DNA of 64,000 nt. Source: Octopus sinensis (Eukaryota). Location of the stretch: NCBI RefSeq assembly GCF_006345805.1, contig NC_043001.1, positions 20,708,001 to 20,772,000 on the forward strand, in the 5' to 3' direction. Under the pieces are notes generated by a model. It saw nothing but the letters and a program-made list of their open reading frames with translations. It was not told the origin of the DNA and did not search any database. Position 1 is the stretch's first letter. Each line of letters begins with the position of its first letter. A program made the translations under genes and the position numbers. Of this stretch, positions 50,410 through 62,754 are shown piece by piece.

Positions 50410-50765
50410 TTGGCTGTGTGGTTAAGAGCCACATGATTATGGATTTAGTCCCATTGTAAGGCACCTTGAGCAAGTGTCTTCTAATAAAGCCTTCAGCTGA
50501 CATATGCCTTTTGTAAGTGATTTTAGTAGAGAGAAACTATATGGAAGCCCATCATGTGTGTGTGTGTGCATGTGTGAATATCTTTATGCCTGTTCTTATC
50601 ACAATCCATCTAATCACTTGACAACCGATGATGGGTTGTTTATGTCCCTGCCACTTAGACATTCAGCAGAAAAGGTGAATAGAATAAGTACTGCAGTTCA
50701 TTTGTTTGACTAAAACTCCTCAAGGCAGTGCCTCAGCATGGCTGTAGTCCAATGACTGAAACAAG
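50410..50765 (+). mobile_element. SINE family A, degenerate
   Basis: Family identity. Confidence 0.82.
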
Positions 50766-50895
50766 TTAATGATAAATGACATGTGTGTGTGTGAAACTAA
50801 AATAGTTACAAAAAGTTTATGTCATATAAAACTTAACAAAATCATTCTTCATTATTTACATTTGACGGATATTTGTCCTCATCTTGTTTGTTGTT

Positions 50896-50941
50896 AACAC
50901 AATATTTCAGCTGATATACCATCCAGCCTTCATCAGGTGTC
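50896..50941 (-). ncRNA. Minimal type-I hammerhead ribozyme-like motif (sense in GDH pre-mRNA)
   Basis: GACAC CTGATGA A GGCTG gatggtatat CAGCT GAAA TA TT GTGTT. Confidence 0.5.
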
Positions 50942-51204
50942 TTAGGGAAATTTCAAATCTGGGTTCTCATTCCTAAGGTATTTTTCGATATTATTATTAT
51001 TATTCAGGTCACAGCCTGGAATCAAACTCGGAATCTTGGGGTTAATAGCCCGTACTCTTAACCACTTCGCCACAGGCATATGGCATAGTGGTTGAGAGAG
51101 CGGGCTGCTAACAACAAAGATTCCAAGTTCAATTCCAGGCAGTGACCTGAATAATAATAATGACAATACCTTAGGATGAGAATCCAGGTTCGAAATTTCC
51201 CCAA

Positions 51205-51250
51205 GACACCTGATGAAGGCTGGAGGGTATATCAGCCGAAACATTGTGTT
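51205..51250 (+). ncRNA. Minimal type-I hammerhead ribozyme-like motif
   Basis: GACAC CTGATGA A GGCTG gagggtatat CAGCC GAAA CA TT GTGTT. Confidence 0.5.
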
Positions 51251-51344
51251 AACAACAAACAAGATGAGGACAAATATCTGCCGAATGTAAATAATGTACA
51301 TAATTCCTCATCTTTTAAATATAGAACTGTAAAATTATTCTTAC

Positions 51345-51468
51345 CAAGAAGATGATAATTTGAATCTTTTTCATACTTAAATGTCAATCTGCCATAGCTT
51401 ACATGGTTAAGGTTTTTCAACCACTCAAAATAAGAAACAGTTACACCACCAGCGTTAACATACATATC
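51345..51468 (-). CDS. GLUD1: GDH exon (human exon 10 equivalent), [41 protein letters not shown]
   Basis: [12 protein letters not shown] motif; ttacag acceptor, G|gtaag donor; 124 nt, phase 0-1. Confidence 0.98.
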
Positions 51469-51941
51469 CTGTAAAATAAAGAAGAAAAGTATTTTTACTA
51501 TTGTTCTGTTTGAATTTTTTTTTCTGTAAGAAAAAGACAATGAAAGACACCTTGGTACAACTATAGACCAAGAGTCCTCATTTAAAATATCAAGGAACCT
51601 AATTAGAACTTTGCTGGGCTCATATTTATTGATTAACAATTAGGGTTAAGATAATTCATTAAAAAAAAATCTTGCAAAATCTTAATCTAGATTGGATCAC
51701 ACCACAGTTTTTGTATAAAGAGCTTTAATAATGACTAATGAATAAATATGATTGATCCTTTAATTCAATTTGTGAAGCTGACTGCATTTGATTAGGGTCT
51801 TGTGTAAAAGAATACAATACAACACAAGTAGCAGAGTGCCATCTTTGTTGCATCTTACTAACTCATTTTATATTAATCTCCTACCATGCAAGGTTACAAA
51901 TAATACAGTTTTTAAAATGTAGAAGATTCAAAGTTAAATAC

Positions 51942-52022
51942 CGGAATAACAAGTTTCTTAGCTTCTAAAAAGTGTTCATAAGCACCAAGTGTAGTGGGTC
52001 CATTAGCAGCTTCAGCAATGAT
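51942..52022 (-). CDS. GLUD1: GDH exon (human exon 9 equivalent), IIAEAANGPTTLGAYEHFLEAKKLVIP
   Basis: EAANGPTT motif; ttctag acceptor, gtattt donor; 81 nt. Confidence 0.96.
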
Positions 52023-52744
52023 CTAGAAAGAAAAATTGAAAGTAGAAAAAAAATTTGTGGTTTCTTCAAAGCACTTCTTCACATGGCAACATAATTTAAG
52101 ATAGGATGAACTACACACTTTTATATATATATAATTTAGAGAAAAACTTCTATTAAATAATTCAATAATGAAAGATGTTATTCACACCATATAGAAAACA
52201 TATACTATAAAAACCTTATTTGAAAAATCAATAAAGTACAATAAATAGTAAATAGTAGTAAAAATACTATGCACATTCCGTGGCTATATTTTTAAATAGA
52301 TAATAATAATAAAATCAATTTGATTTAAAATTAAATCGATCTAAAAATTCTATCTAAAAATAAAGTCACTCATCAGGTCTAAAATAATAAATTTTAAAAA
52401 AATAATAATAGGATAAATGTACTTATCTTAACTTATACTAAAGAATAAGGTTTTTCTCTAAAGTATATACATATATTATATATTGTGAAATTTGATTTAG
52501 AATTGTTAAATTGAATTTTTCCCTGTAAGTTTTGGAATTATATTCCCTGTGCACTGTTTTGTTCTGTATTATTGTGTTTGATCTTGATGTTCCTATGTAG
52601 TTGGTTAATAAATTATGTGGATGGGTACTATCTGGTAGTTGATTATTGATTAAAGTGTATTCCTCCATTTTCTTATGTTATTTATATATATATATATACA
52701 GGAATATGTACTTACATAAGTGCCAATGAGGGTACAGACGCTGC

Positions 52745-52970
52745 TATATATATTATTATTATATGTAGAAAAATACAAACTGGGACAAGAACGTAAAACA
52801 TTTAGAAGACGATACAAAAAACACGCTATGATGAAATTGCTACGATGATCCGGTTCTTGACTGAAGATTGAAGGCTTCGAATGTCCCGTCCGTGTTTTTT
52901 GTATCGTCTTCTAAATGTTTTACGTTCTTGTCCCAGTTTGTATTTTTCTACATATAATAATAATATATAT
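52745..52970. mobile_element. Fold-back element with ~80-bp perfect arms in GDH intron
   Basis: 52745-52825 vs 52891-52970; 65-nt loop. Confidence 0.88.
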
Positions 52971-53404
52971 ATATGTGTGTGTGGTGTGTGTTGGCTTATG
53001 TCGGTTGAATGAGAGATGTGTGCTCAATACATGTACAGGATATGGGTATTTTTTTTATTGATACTAAATGTTTGTCTCATGACTTAAGCCTCACAGCACT
53101 GTGATCTTCTCACCTGAAGATTGTGAGACAAATTTTCAGTTTCATTAAAAGAAAGGCTATATGTTTCTGTTTGCATGTGTCGTTAATGCATCTGGCACTT
53201 CACATCCAGTTATTTGAATTTCACATTCCCAATCATTACACTGGATATGAATATATTACATATATTAAAGCAAGTTGATAATCAGAAGCAGTTAAGTGAT
53301 AAACTTTAAGACTGATAAATGTTAGTTTTTTTAAATAATTTTTGAAAACAAGCATTAAGTATCAAAACCCTAAATTATTCACTCTCAGCAGTGACTGAGT
53401 CATG

Positions 53405-53893
53405 TCTAATAAAAATCAAATGGATATTGTAGTTGTGATACCCATGCCGGTGGCACGTTGGGCCTCACAGAGGCAATGACGAAAGACCAAAACACCTGAG
53501 ATATGCTGTGACTGTGAAGACCCGACAAATGAAGTGAGTTCATGGCTCACAGGACGGCCTGCTGTGCTTGAGGAGACCTACTGAGTCAAGTACATCAACA
53601 TCAAAATAAAAATCAAATGGAAATTGTAGTTGTGGTACCCATGCCGGTGGCCCATAAAAAGCACCATTCAAACATGGCCAATGCCAGCCTCCTCTGGCCC
53701 CTGTGCCAGTGGCACGTAAAAAGTACCCACTACACTCACGGAGTGGTTGGCGTTAGGAAGGGCATCCAGCTGTAGAAACACTGCCAGATCTGACTGGAGC
53801 CTGGTACAGCCTCCTGGCTTCCCAAAGACCGGTCGAACCATCTACCCATGCTAGCATGGAAAATGGATGTTAAACGATGATGATGATGATGAT
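53405..53893 (+). mobile_element. Family B, long form
   Basis: Family identity. Confidence 0.85.
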
Positions 53894-54173
53894 AGGGACA
53901 AGTTAATTATACAATCAGTGAGATTATTAATAATTAATCAATGAAATCTACAAGAGGAAAATTAACAGAAGACGACAAGAGGCATTATTGCACATTATCA
54001 TGACTAGTTGAACTGTCAGCAAATTTTCTGCTGATTCACTATCAATCACTAAACAATAAGATTCATTTCAACACAAGATATGCATTCAATATTTCTATCT
54101 TGAAATCATGGAGGTCAATCTCCTTTTTATTAAGAACATAAAATATTAAGTGAAAAAGAAATAGTATATTCAC

Positions 54174-54314
54174 TTTAGCTTTAACTTTGTGAGCATTTTC
54201 CAAGGTTAATTGTTTCTCACCAGCAGCTGGTACGAGAATGTCACACTGTTCATATAAAATACTTTCTCCAACATATGGTTCAGCTTCAGGGAAGCCAACA
54301 ATAGTTCCATGTTC
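54174..54314 (-). CDS. GLUD1: GDH exon (human exon 8 equivalent), [47 protein letters not shown]
   Basis: Inside ORF 54063..54365; tttcag acceptor, gtgaat donor; 141 nt. Confidence 0.97.
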
Positions 54315-54725
54315 CTGAAATAATGAATAGTACAGAACAGAATTAGCAAAGAAAAATCCCTTCAAATATTAAATAAGAAAAAAAAAGGACCTTACTTAAA
54401 TTTTAGATATTAATTACAACAAATAACAAAATTTTCTTAAGAGATGGAAAATGTTTCAATATTTACATCTAAACTATGTTTCTAACAGTTTGAACTCCAA
54501 TCAGCACCAGGTATTATATTCATGGGAGTATACATAATACCATACTGAAATTGAACTAGGAATCTTTATTTCTAAACTAAAGATAAAAATCTTCTTATCT
54601 ACTAGGACACCAACACATAGGCAGACATTTCAACATTTAATACAAAAATCAATATCAATAAATTCCTAAAATATTAATATCTATAACGAGAGGTATATTA
54701 AAATGACTGAAGATCAATAACTTAC

Positions 54726-54863
54726 TAGTTTATAATCTTCAAGTTTTCGGGGATCAATTCCATTTGGATTATGGATAGCACCATCAATTTCCATGATTCC
54801 AATACATTTTGCACCAGCTCTGTGTAGATATCTCATTGTGTGGAGACCGACATTACCAAAGCC
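54726..54863 (-). CDS. GLUD1: GDH exon (human exon 7 equivalent), [46 protein letters not shown]
   Basis: Rossmann GxGxxG motif; tttag acceptor, gtaag donor; 138 nt. Confidence 0.97.
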
Positions 54864-55087
54864 CTAAATAGAAAGAAATTAGTTACTAATCATTAGTTCA
54901 ATAATTTTCAAAATAGTTGATCAGGAGAGATTGGAGCAAACAGAAAGGGGCTTACAGTCTGCTACTAATTTTATTTATTAGTACCAAGAATGTTCTATCT
55001 ATAACAACAGCACTATACAAATGAAGCAGAATGAGCCAATGCATGATCCTATGTGGTTACTCACCCTGCTAGAAATAGCAGTAGAAT

Positions 55088-55495
55088 GCAAGAGTGGCTG
55101 TGTGGTAAGTAGCTTGCTTACCAACCACATGGTCCCGGTTTCAGTCCCACTGTGTGGCACCTTAGGTAAGTGTCTTCTACTATAGCCTCGGGCCAACCAA
55201 AGCCTTGTGAGTGGATTTGGTAGATGGAAACTGAAAGAAGCCCAGCATATATATGTATATGTACATATATATATATGTGTGTGTGTGTAAGTTTGTGTGT
55301 CAGTGTTTGTCCCCCCAACATCGCTTGACAACCGATGTTGGTGTGTTTATGTCCCCGTAACTTGGCAGTTCGGCAAAAGATACTGATAGAATAAGTACTA
55401 GGCTTACAAAGAATGAGTCCTGGGGTCTATTTGCTCAACTAAAGGCGGCGCTCCAGCATGGCCGCAGTCAAATGACTGAAACAAGTAAAAGATTA
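55088..55495 (+). mobile_element. SINE family A, full length
   Basis: Family identity. Confidence 0.93.
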
Positions 55496-56707
55496 ATAGA
55501 GCCTGCACCAACTCCAAAATGGAAGGTGACATTGAATATATTTCAGTAAACATTTATTAGAAAATAAGATGAAATGGTTGATCATAAACTTGCCCAATAC
55601 GAGCTGAACTGGGGCTAAAAGAGCAGCTAAAAGCAGGACATTAGTTCACTTATTTCCTGCCTGACAAAACTTAAGCTTTCCTGCAAAGGATGCCATCAAA
55701 TCTAAAATCTACTTGTACTTAATCTCTGAACCATCATCACTCACCATCCTAGCCTCACTCCACTCCTTTCATGATGTCCATGTAACCAGATATGGCATTC
55801 ATCTTTCTCCCCTCCCTATGGGTCTCTTAGGTGACATCTTCAGCACCATATTTGATGCTGTCCTTCACTCATTCTGACACAATTTTATAGCTTTCCCTCA
55901 TCAAGCTGATTGTAGGTTTTTCTATTTAACCAGCAACTAGTTACCAACAACCATTATATAGCTCTCTTCCTTCACCCTCTCTCCTGCTACCCCATTACAT
56001 TCATACTAATACTCTCTCTCCTCTTTCTCAATTTAGGTCACAACTCACCTTCTATTCACACTAGTGGTCACCTTTGCTTCGAAGGTTATGCAGAGGAGAA
56101 AGGAGATAAGACAACCTCTCTGGTGCTGGTGCCACAATAAAATGCACCCAATATGCTCTCTAAAGTGATTGGTGTTAAGAAGGACATCCAGCTGTAGAAA
56201 CCATGCCAAAAAGGAACAAATGAACGAGACGGGGTCTTCTAACTGCCTAAGAGGGCAGTTACTCTAAATAACAATTTTCTTGGAGCATGAGGACTCACAT
56301 GGAAAGCAAACTTAAATGTGTATGTTATTAAGAAGCTCACTTTGTAACCATGTGGTTTCAGGTTCAGTCTCACTACGTGGCACCTTGGGCCAATGTCTTG
56401 CATTATAAGCCCCAGACCAACTAATGCCTTGTGAGTGAATTTGATTGATGGAATTGTGTGAAAGCCCATTGTTGGTTTGTTGATGTCCCAGTAGCTTAAT
56501 GATTTGGCAAAAAAAAAAAAAAAAAAGACCAATAGAGTATGTATCAGACAGAAAAAAAAAAAAGAACTAGGATTGATTTGTTCAAGTAATCCCTTCAAAG
56601 ATGTGCACCAATATGTAAAATGATATGTATTAACAAATATTTATCAACATAGCTGATCATTCAATTAGGTCAAGGCAAAATAGATTATCTATTTTAGATT
56701 GAATCAG

Positions 56708-57012
56708 ATAGTCTGACTTTGCCTTTCATCCTTTCGGTGTCGATTAAATAAGTACCAGTTACGCTCTGAGGTCGATATAATTGACTTAATCCGTTTGTCT
56801 GTCCTTGTTTGTCCTCTCTGCGTTTAGCCCCTTGTGGGTAGTAAAGAAATAGGTATTTCGTCTTCCATTACGTTCTGAGTTCAAATTCCGCCAAGATCGA
56901 CTTTGCCTTTCATCCATTCGGGGCCGATAAACTAAGTACCAGTTACGCTCTGAGGTCGATATAATCGACTTAATCCCTTTGTCTGTCCCCTTGTGGGCAA
57001 TAAAGAAATAAG
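56708..57012 (+). mobile_element. SINE family C, 5'-truncated dimer
   Basis: Two body units. Confidence 0.9.
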
Positions 57013-57719
57013 AAATCTTTAAAACAAATGAAATCTAAGTACAATGGTGGTGTCTTTGACATCCTTTGATGAGCATGCTTTTAACTCGCTGTAAAATATC
57101 TCTGGATAGTTTTTTTTTAACCCTTAACATTCAGATTACACTGTAAAATGTAATGCTTATTTTTTCACTTTATTTTGAACAAGCTGGCCCCATGCTGTCA
57201 AAAATGACAGCTAGTTGTAGTATTTTCTATATAAATATGGATGGTAAATCAAATTAATACACTTGTCAATGTTATCTAGAGGTTGTCTTTTGAGATGTAA
57301 CATCGATCATCGTTTGTTACTGAAAAAAATGCTGGTTCACACTTACATTCACATATTTCCCTTGTACACATACACACATATACTCACAGAGTTGAAACGC
57401 TGTTTGATTTTTCTTTTCAGCGTTGAATGTTCACCATCCTACTTCCATTGCACACACACACAAACATTCGCATACCTCCCTTTTACATACACATACACTC
57501 ACACAGAGTTGAAATGCTCCCACTACCAGTTTACCATCACCCCTTCCTTCTTTATTCATCTATCACCCCCTTTCTCTCTCTCTCCTTCCCTCCCTCTGAT
57601 TGGAGTAACCATGTATTTCCTCTACAGCAAGACGCTTGTTTGTCCCTCTACTCATACTCTAACCTCTTAAAACAGACCTGTTTCAATACCCTCACCCCTA
57701 CACCTCAAAGGATTCTTGT

Positions 57720-57893
57720 CTTGCGAGTCACCAAGCACCCATTGCACTCTGTTGGCATTCGGAAGAACACCCAGCCATAAAAGCCATGCCAAAGCAGTGG
57801 AGCCTGGTACTGTCCTCTGGCTTACCAGCTCCTGTGAAATTGTCCAACCCATGCCAGCATGGAAGAGGGACATTAAATGAGGATGATGATGAT
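57720..57893 (+). mobile_element. Family B, degenerate
   Basis: Family identity. Confidence 0.78.
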
Positions 57894-57944
57894 CATTTGT
57901 AAACAATATTTGCAAGCAAAGTTTGAATAAGTCAATGAAACTTT

Positions 57945-58139
57945 CTTTTACTTGTTTCATTCATCTTGACTGTGGCCATGCTGGAGCACCGCCTTTAGTC
58001 GAACAAATCAACCCCAAGGCTTAATCTTTGTAAGCCTAGTACTTATTCTATCGGTCTCTTTTGCCAAACCGCTAAGTTATGGGGACGTGAGCACACCAGC
58101 ATCGATTGTCAAGCGATGCTGGGGGACAAACATGGACAC

Positions 58140-58176
<37 letters not shown>

Positions 58177-58268
58177 TATATAGCCCGAGGTTATTGTAGA
58201 AGACACTTGTCCAAGGTGCCATGCAGTGGGACTAAACCCAGAAACTTGTGGTTGGTTAGCAAGCTACT
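57945..58268 (-). mobile_element. SINE family A with internal deletion
   Basis: Family identity (rc). Confidence 0.9.
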
Positions 58269-59859
58269 TTATTTCATTTCATAGAAATTTGCCATAAAGG
58301 CATTACACAGAGTAGCTTGCGGGCTAGACATAAACATTAATGAAGCGGATGATTATGATGAAAAATGATAAAGATGGGAGAAGGCAGAAGGCACCCACCG
58401 ACTCTCTGCTTCTCTAAAACATTTTTCCCCTCCAAAATACATAAATTGAGGTAATAACCCTCTTACAAAAAATACAATTTCTTTGGACCAAACAGCCACT
58501 CCTGTGCCTGTATATGCTTAATGTATTTTAAATAAAACATAGATCAAGTGCCAATATTCTGACAAGAAAGTTTGAAATAAAATGTAATGCAGTCTCGTTT
58601 ATCACTGATCCAAGATAACAAAGTACACTCAATTGTAACCTATGTCACACTTCTCACAGATTGACCTGTAAAAACATGGGTCAGTGGTCAGTTGAATATT
58701 CTGCTTGTACAGCAAAAAATGCAGTAACCATCCACAATGCTCAGCTGCAAAGAATGCACTAACAATTGCTTGTGTTTACATCACCATATTGTAAGGCTGC
58801 ATATTTTTTTTATGGATTCATGTACTAATGCCCAACAACATGCCACCAACGGACAGAAGAAATATGAAGGTGCCTGATTCTAACAAACAATACAGATGAA
58901 CGTATTCACTACCAGAGAAGGTTGTGATGATCAAGAAAATACACGATGGTGGAAGTTTCACTGCTGCAGGCTATGAGCCACTGAATCTATCATTCATTCT
59001 ATTTATAAAGTGAATGGAGATTATTCATTTATCACTGTTTTTTTTCTTCTTCTTTTTGAAACTAAACCTCTGTAATAAATGAGGACAGATGTTTGTTGAA
59101 CTCAGAAACCCAAGAAACAATGACAATATAAAAAAAGCGACACATTCTAAATGATACAATGAGGTGAATATGATATAAATAATAGTCTTCTTTTGACATA
59201 ATAAAAATAGAATTAACTAAACTAAATTTGGAAAACACCCACATACAATGTAAAACAATTATTTTCTTAACAATAATAGACAAATGATTTTAATATAGGT
59301 TATTTATTAATGTACAAAAATTACTCAAAAATGTCTGGAATTTTCCAACAAAAAAAAAAACTTAGGAAAAATTTAGAAATATAGTAAATATAAAAAAAAT
59401 ATTACATAAATGCAATAGAGCTGTTTTGCTTATTTTTGTTTTTTAAACATCAATGGTAGTATAAGTAAACATTTCTAAATATTCAGATATTTGCATAGGA
59501 CTGGGTGGAATAAATGTTTCATCATTGAGTAGCTTTTATCACACTAACTAATCAATCAGTAATCAAATAAATCAAACTGTTTTGAGTCAGATTTACTGGA
59601 ACATTAAGTAATGTTCTTAGCTTAAGATTGTTCTGATTATGCTTTGTAGCTTTAAGTATAAAACAATATATATTTAAAATTGTTGTTTGTATGTGAATGA
59701 AAATTAAGTTTAGTTTGTAGCGAAAGTAGCACTGAATCTTTTGATACCCCATACGTTAAAATTGGTAACTCGGTTTTGGAATACATAAGAAATAGGAATA
59801 TATATATATATATAAAGGACAGACTTCTTTCAAACTGAAAGTATTTTATCTCACATTAC

Positions 59860-60050
59860 AATAGAGACTGAAATACTGAAATAGTGTAAGAGATAAGAGA
59901 TTGCTCTGGGCTCACTTTAGGCAAGAAGTTGAAACTTTTTGGGCCCATGACACTGCATGGACCCTAAGTAAGGCATATGTAAAATTTGAATGAAGTTGGT
60001 TGTGTAGTTCTGAAGTTTTAGGGATTCACACAGACAGACAGAAACACATT
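59860..60050 (-). mobile_element. Helitron/DINE-like fragment
   Basis: gacactgcatggaccctaagtaaggcatatgtaaaatttg..cacacagacagacag aligns to rc of 21290-21390. Confidence 0.55.
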
Positions 60051-60523
60051 CTCTAGCATGGAAATCGGACGTTAAATGATGATGATGTAGATGTAATGGA
60101 CATATACTAATGCTCCTGCTTCTTGCCTATTACTTCCCAGGCAGCATTTTTAGCACTGTTGAAACTGCTGGATTGAATGGTACTGCCCAGGTTCAAAAAC
60201 CATAATGATATCCACAAGGCAGCTGATGATGGGAATATATTTGACGTGCTTGTTACCTGTGGAATGTTTTACATTGTATAATCTCATAGTTTTAAGTTGT
60301 CCTTTATTTTTGCAAGTTTGAACTTGTTGAAGGGTTCTTAGTTTCTTAGGTTACGGTGATTATCCTTCACTAGGATTCTAATTATGGTTAGGATATTTAT
60401 TTTGGGGCTTCTAGCTTAGGCAAGTTTTGTTGCATGGACATTTTACACTGTTTATATACTTCTGGCAAATTCAAAGAAATATGCATCACAAAGATCAATA
60501 AACAAAAATAATCAAGAAGTAAC

Positions 60524-60622
60524 CTGGATAATGAAGGTTTTGTCCCCAAGGCCAGGAGTGCATCCAATCATACTCATATATGAAGCTTCTTCTGTAAAAT
60601 TCTGGATTCCATGAAAGACACC
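60524..60622 (-). CDS. GLUD1: Glutamate dehydrogenase coding exon (3' part of human exon 6 equivalent), [33 protein letters not shown]
   Basis: Manual translation; ttcttcag acceptor, CAG|gttact donor; 99 nt, phase 0-0; matches GLUD1 [33 protein letters not shown]. Confidence 0.96.
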
Positions 60623-60799
60623 CTGAAGAAAAAAAATTAAATAAGACATGAATTATACCATATTTTATTATATCAATAGTCATCACAGTAGTTAAAGTAG
60701 TGTTTTTCATGGAGAGAAATGTTCCTTCTTTAAGAAAAATACAAAGAGAGAGTGTATGTGTGTGTCACACACACAGTGGTATAATACTCTTTCAGCTAT

Positions 60800-61030
60800 A
60801 CCTATTTCTTTACTACCCACAAGGGGCTAAACACAGAGGGGACAAACAAGGACAGACAAAGGGATTAAGTCAATTATATTGACCCAGTGCGTAACTGGTA
60901 CTTGATTTATCGACTCCGAAAGGATGAAAGACAAAGTTGACCTTGGCGGAATTTGAACTCAGAACGCAACAGCAGACGAAATACAGCTACGCATTTCGCA
61001 GTGTGCTAACGTTTCTGCCAGCTCGCCGCT
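60800..61030 (-). mobile_element. SINE family C
   Basis: rc similarity. Confidence 0.9.
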
Positions 61031-61304
61031 ATACCATCATCATCATCGGCATTTAACATTCACTGCTCTATACTTGTAGGGATACACACACACACAATAG
61101 TATAATGCTCTTTCAACTATGAGTATAATGATCTTAAAAGTACTCAGCTTGCAGAGCACTTTAAGCAAGCTATTATGCAATCTTCAGAAATAAACAGTTC
61201 TTCCTTTTTTCTCTCTCATCATTTCTATCTAAAGAGATTGGCCAACATGAAGTAAAAGAAAATCTATGCTTTGTACAATGTTATACTGAAGTACAGAATA
61301 TACC

Positions 61305-61565
61305 TCTAGACTGGCCTCCGTGCTGGGGGCACATAAAAAGCACCAACCGATCATGGCCATTGCCAGCCCGCCTGGCACCTGTGCCGGTGGCACGTAAAAA
61401 GCACCCACTACACTCACGGAGTGGTTGGTGTTAGGAAGGGCATCCAGCTGTAGAAACACTATCAGATCAGACTGGGCCTGGTGCAGCCTCCTGGCTTCCC
61501 AGACCCCAGTTGAACCGTCCAACCCATGCTAGCATGGAAAGTGGACGTTAAACGAACGATGATGA
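61305..61565 (+). mobile_element. Family B
   Basis: Family identity. Confidence 0.88.
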
Positions 61566-61959
61566 TTGTTTTACTCAAAATTGTATGCTTAAATAGAAGT
61601 AAACACCTTGTCTTTATACACAATATCTTTATGGACGAAAAAGACAAACCAGCTGATCAGATTGTTTCAACCTTGTGTTGGGATTTCATTGGCAACCAAC
61701 TATCCTCTGTAACTGCCCAGGGAAACATCATTGTTTTAACATCTACTTTCTGATGCTCACATGGGTCAGACAGAAATTGTTGAGGCAGATTTTCTACAGC
61801 AGATGTTCTTTCTGTAACAAACATCCACCTATTTCCAAGTAAGCTAATATTTCCTTATGACCAGACATGTTTTCACAAAAATTTGATAAAGGACACGACT
61901 TGCACAACAGTGACACTCCTTTACAACTATCACATGATATCAAGGCAAGGAGACAGTAA

Positions 61960-62130
61960 CACACACATGCACACACAGCTTCTTTCAATTTCTGTCCACC
62001 AAATCCACTCACAATGTTTTGGTTGGCTTCAGGCTATAATAGGAGATACTTGCTCAATGTGTAATGCAGTGGGACTGAATGCAAAACCTTATGAGTGAGA
62101 AGCAAACTTCTTACCACACAGCCATAGCTG
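61960..62130 (-). mobile_element. SINE family A, 5' half, degenerate
   Basis: Family identity (rc). Confidence 0.75.
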
Positions 62131-62357
62131 TACTGGTGCTCATAAACCTGCTATTACTAATGCTTCAAGTAAAATCAAACAGACCAATTCACATATTTTA
62201 GGTAGCTAAGTAATTAATAAATTACTGCTGCATTAACAATGGTTTGTTTCAATGCTATCCTGTTGTACTACAGGGTATAATGATTTTCAACCAACACTGT
62301 ATGTAGAGACAGAGATAAACATCATGTTCTTATATATAATATCTTCATAGATATTAT

Positions 62358-62754
62358 AGGCGCAGGAGTGGCTGTGTGGTAAGTAACTTGCTAACCAACC
62401 ACATGGTTCCAGGTTCAGTCCCACTGCGTGGCATCTTGGGCAAGTGTCTTCTGCTATAGCCCTGGGCCGACCAATGCCTTGTGAGTGGATTTGGTAGACG
62501 GAAACTGAAAGAAGCCTGTTGTATATATGTATATATATATATATGTATGTGTGTGTGTTTGTCCCCCTAGCATTGCTTGACAACTGATGCTGGTGTGTTT
62601 ATGTCCCCGTTACTTAGCGGTTCGGCAAAAGAGACCGATAGAATAAGTACTGGGCTTACAAAAAGAATAAGTCCCGGGGTCGAGTTGCTCGATTAAAGGC
62701 GGTGCTCCAGCATGGCCGCAGTCAAATGACTGAAACAGGTAAAAGAGTAAGAGT
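62358..62754 (+). mobile_element. SINE family A, full length
   Basis: Family identity. Confidence 0.93.

Larger units (their letters stand above)
50851..51330. mobile_element. Head-to-head palindromic dimer of a tRNA-headed SINE with hammerhead-like core
   Basis: ~220-bp imperfect inverted arms; each has A box (TGGCATAGTGG / TGGCGAAGTGG), B-box-like motif and CTGATGA..GAAA. Confidence 0.85.

Noticed and set aside
51469-51639. Open frame upstream of GDH exon 10 ending ...SIVVP, a possible alternative exon 9
   Set aside because: No ANGPTT-like motif, no phase-compatible donor; chance open intron frame.
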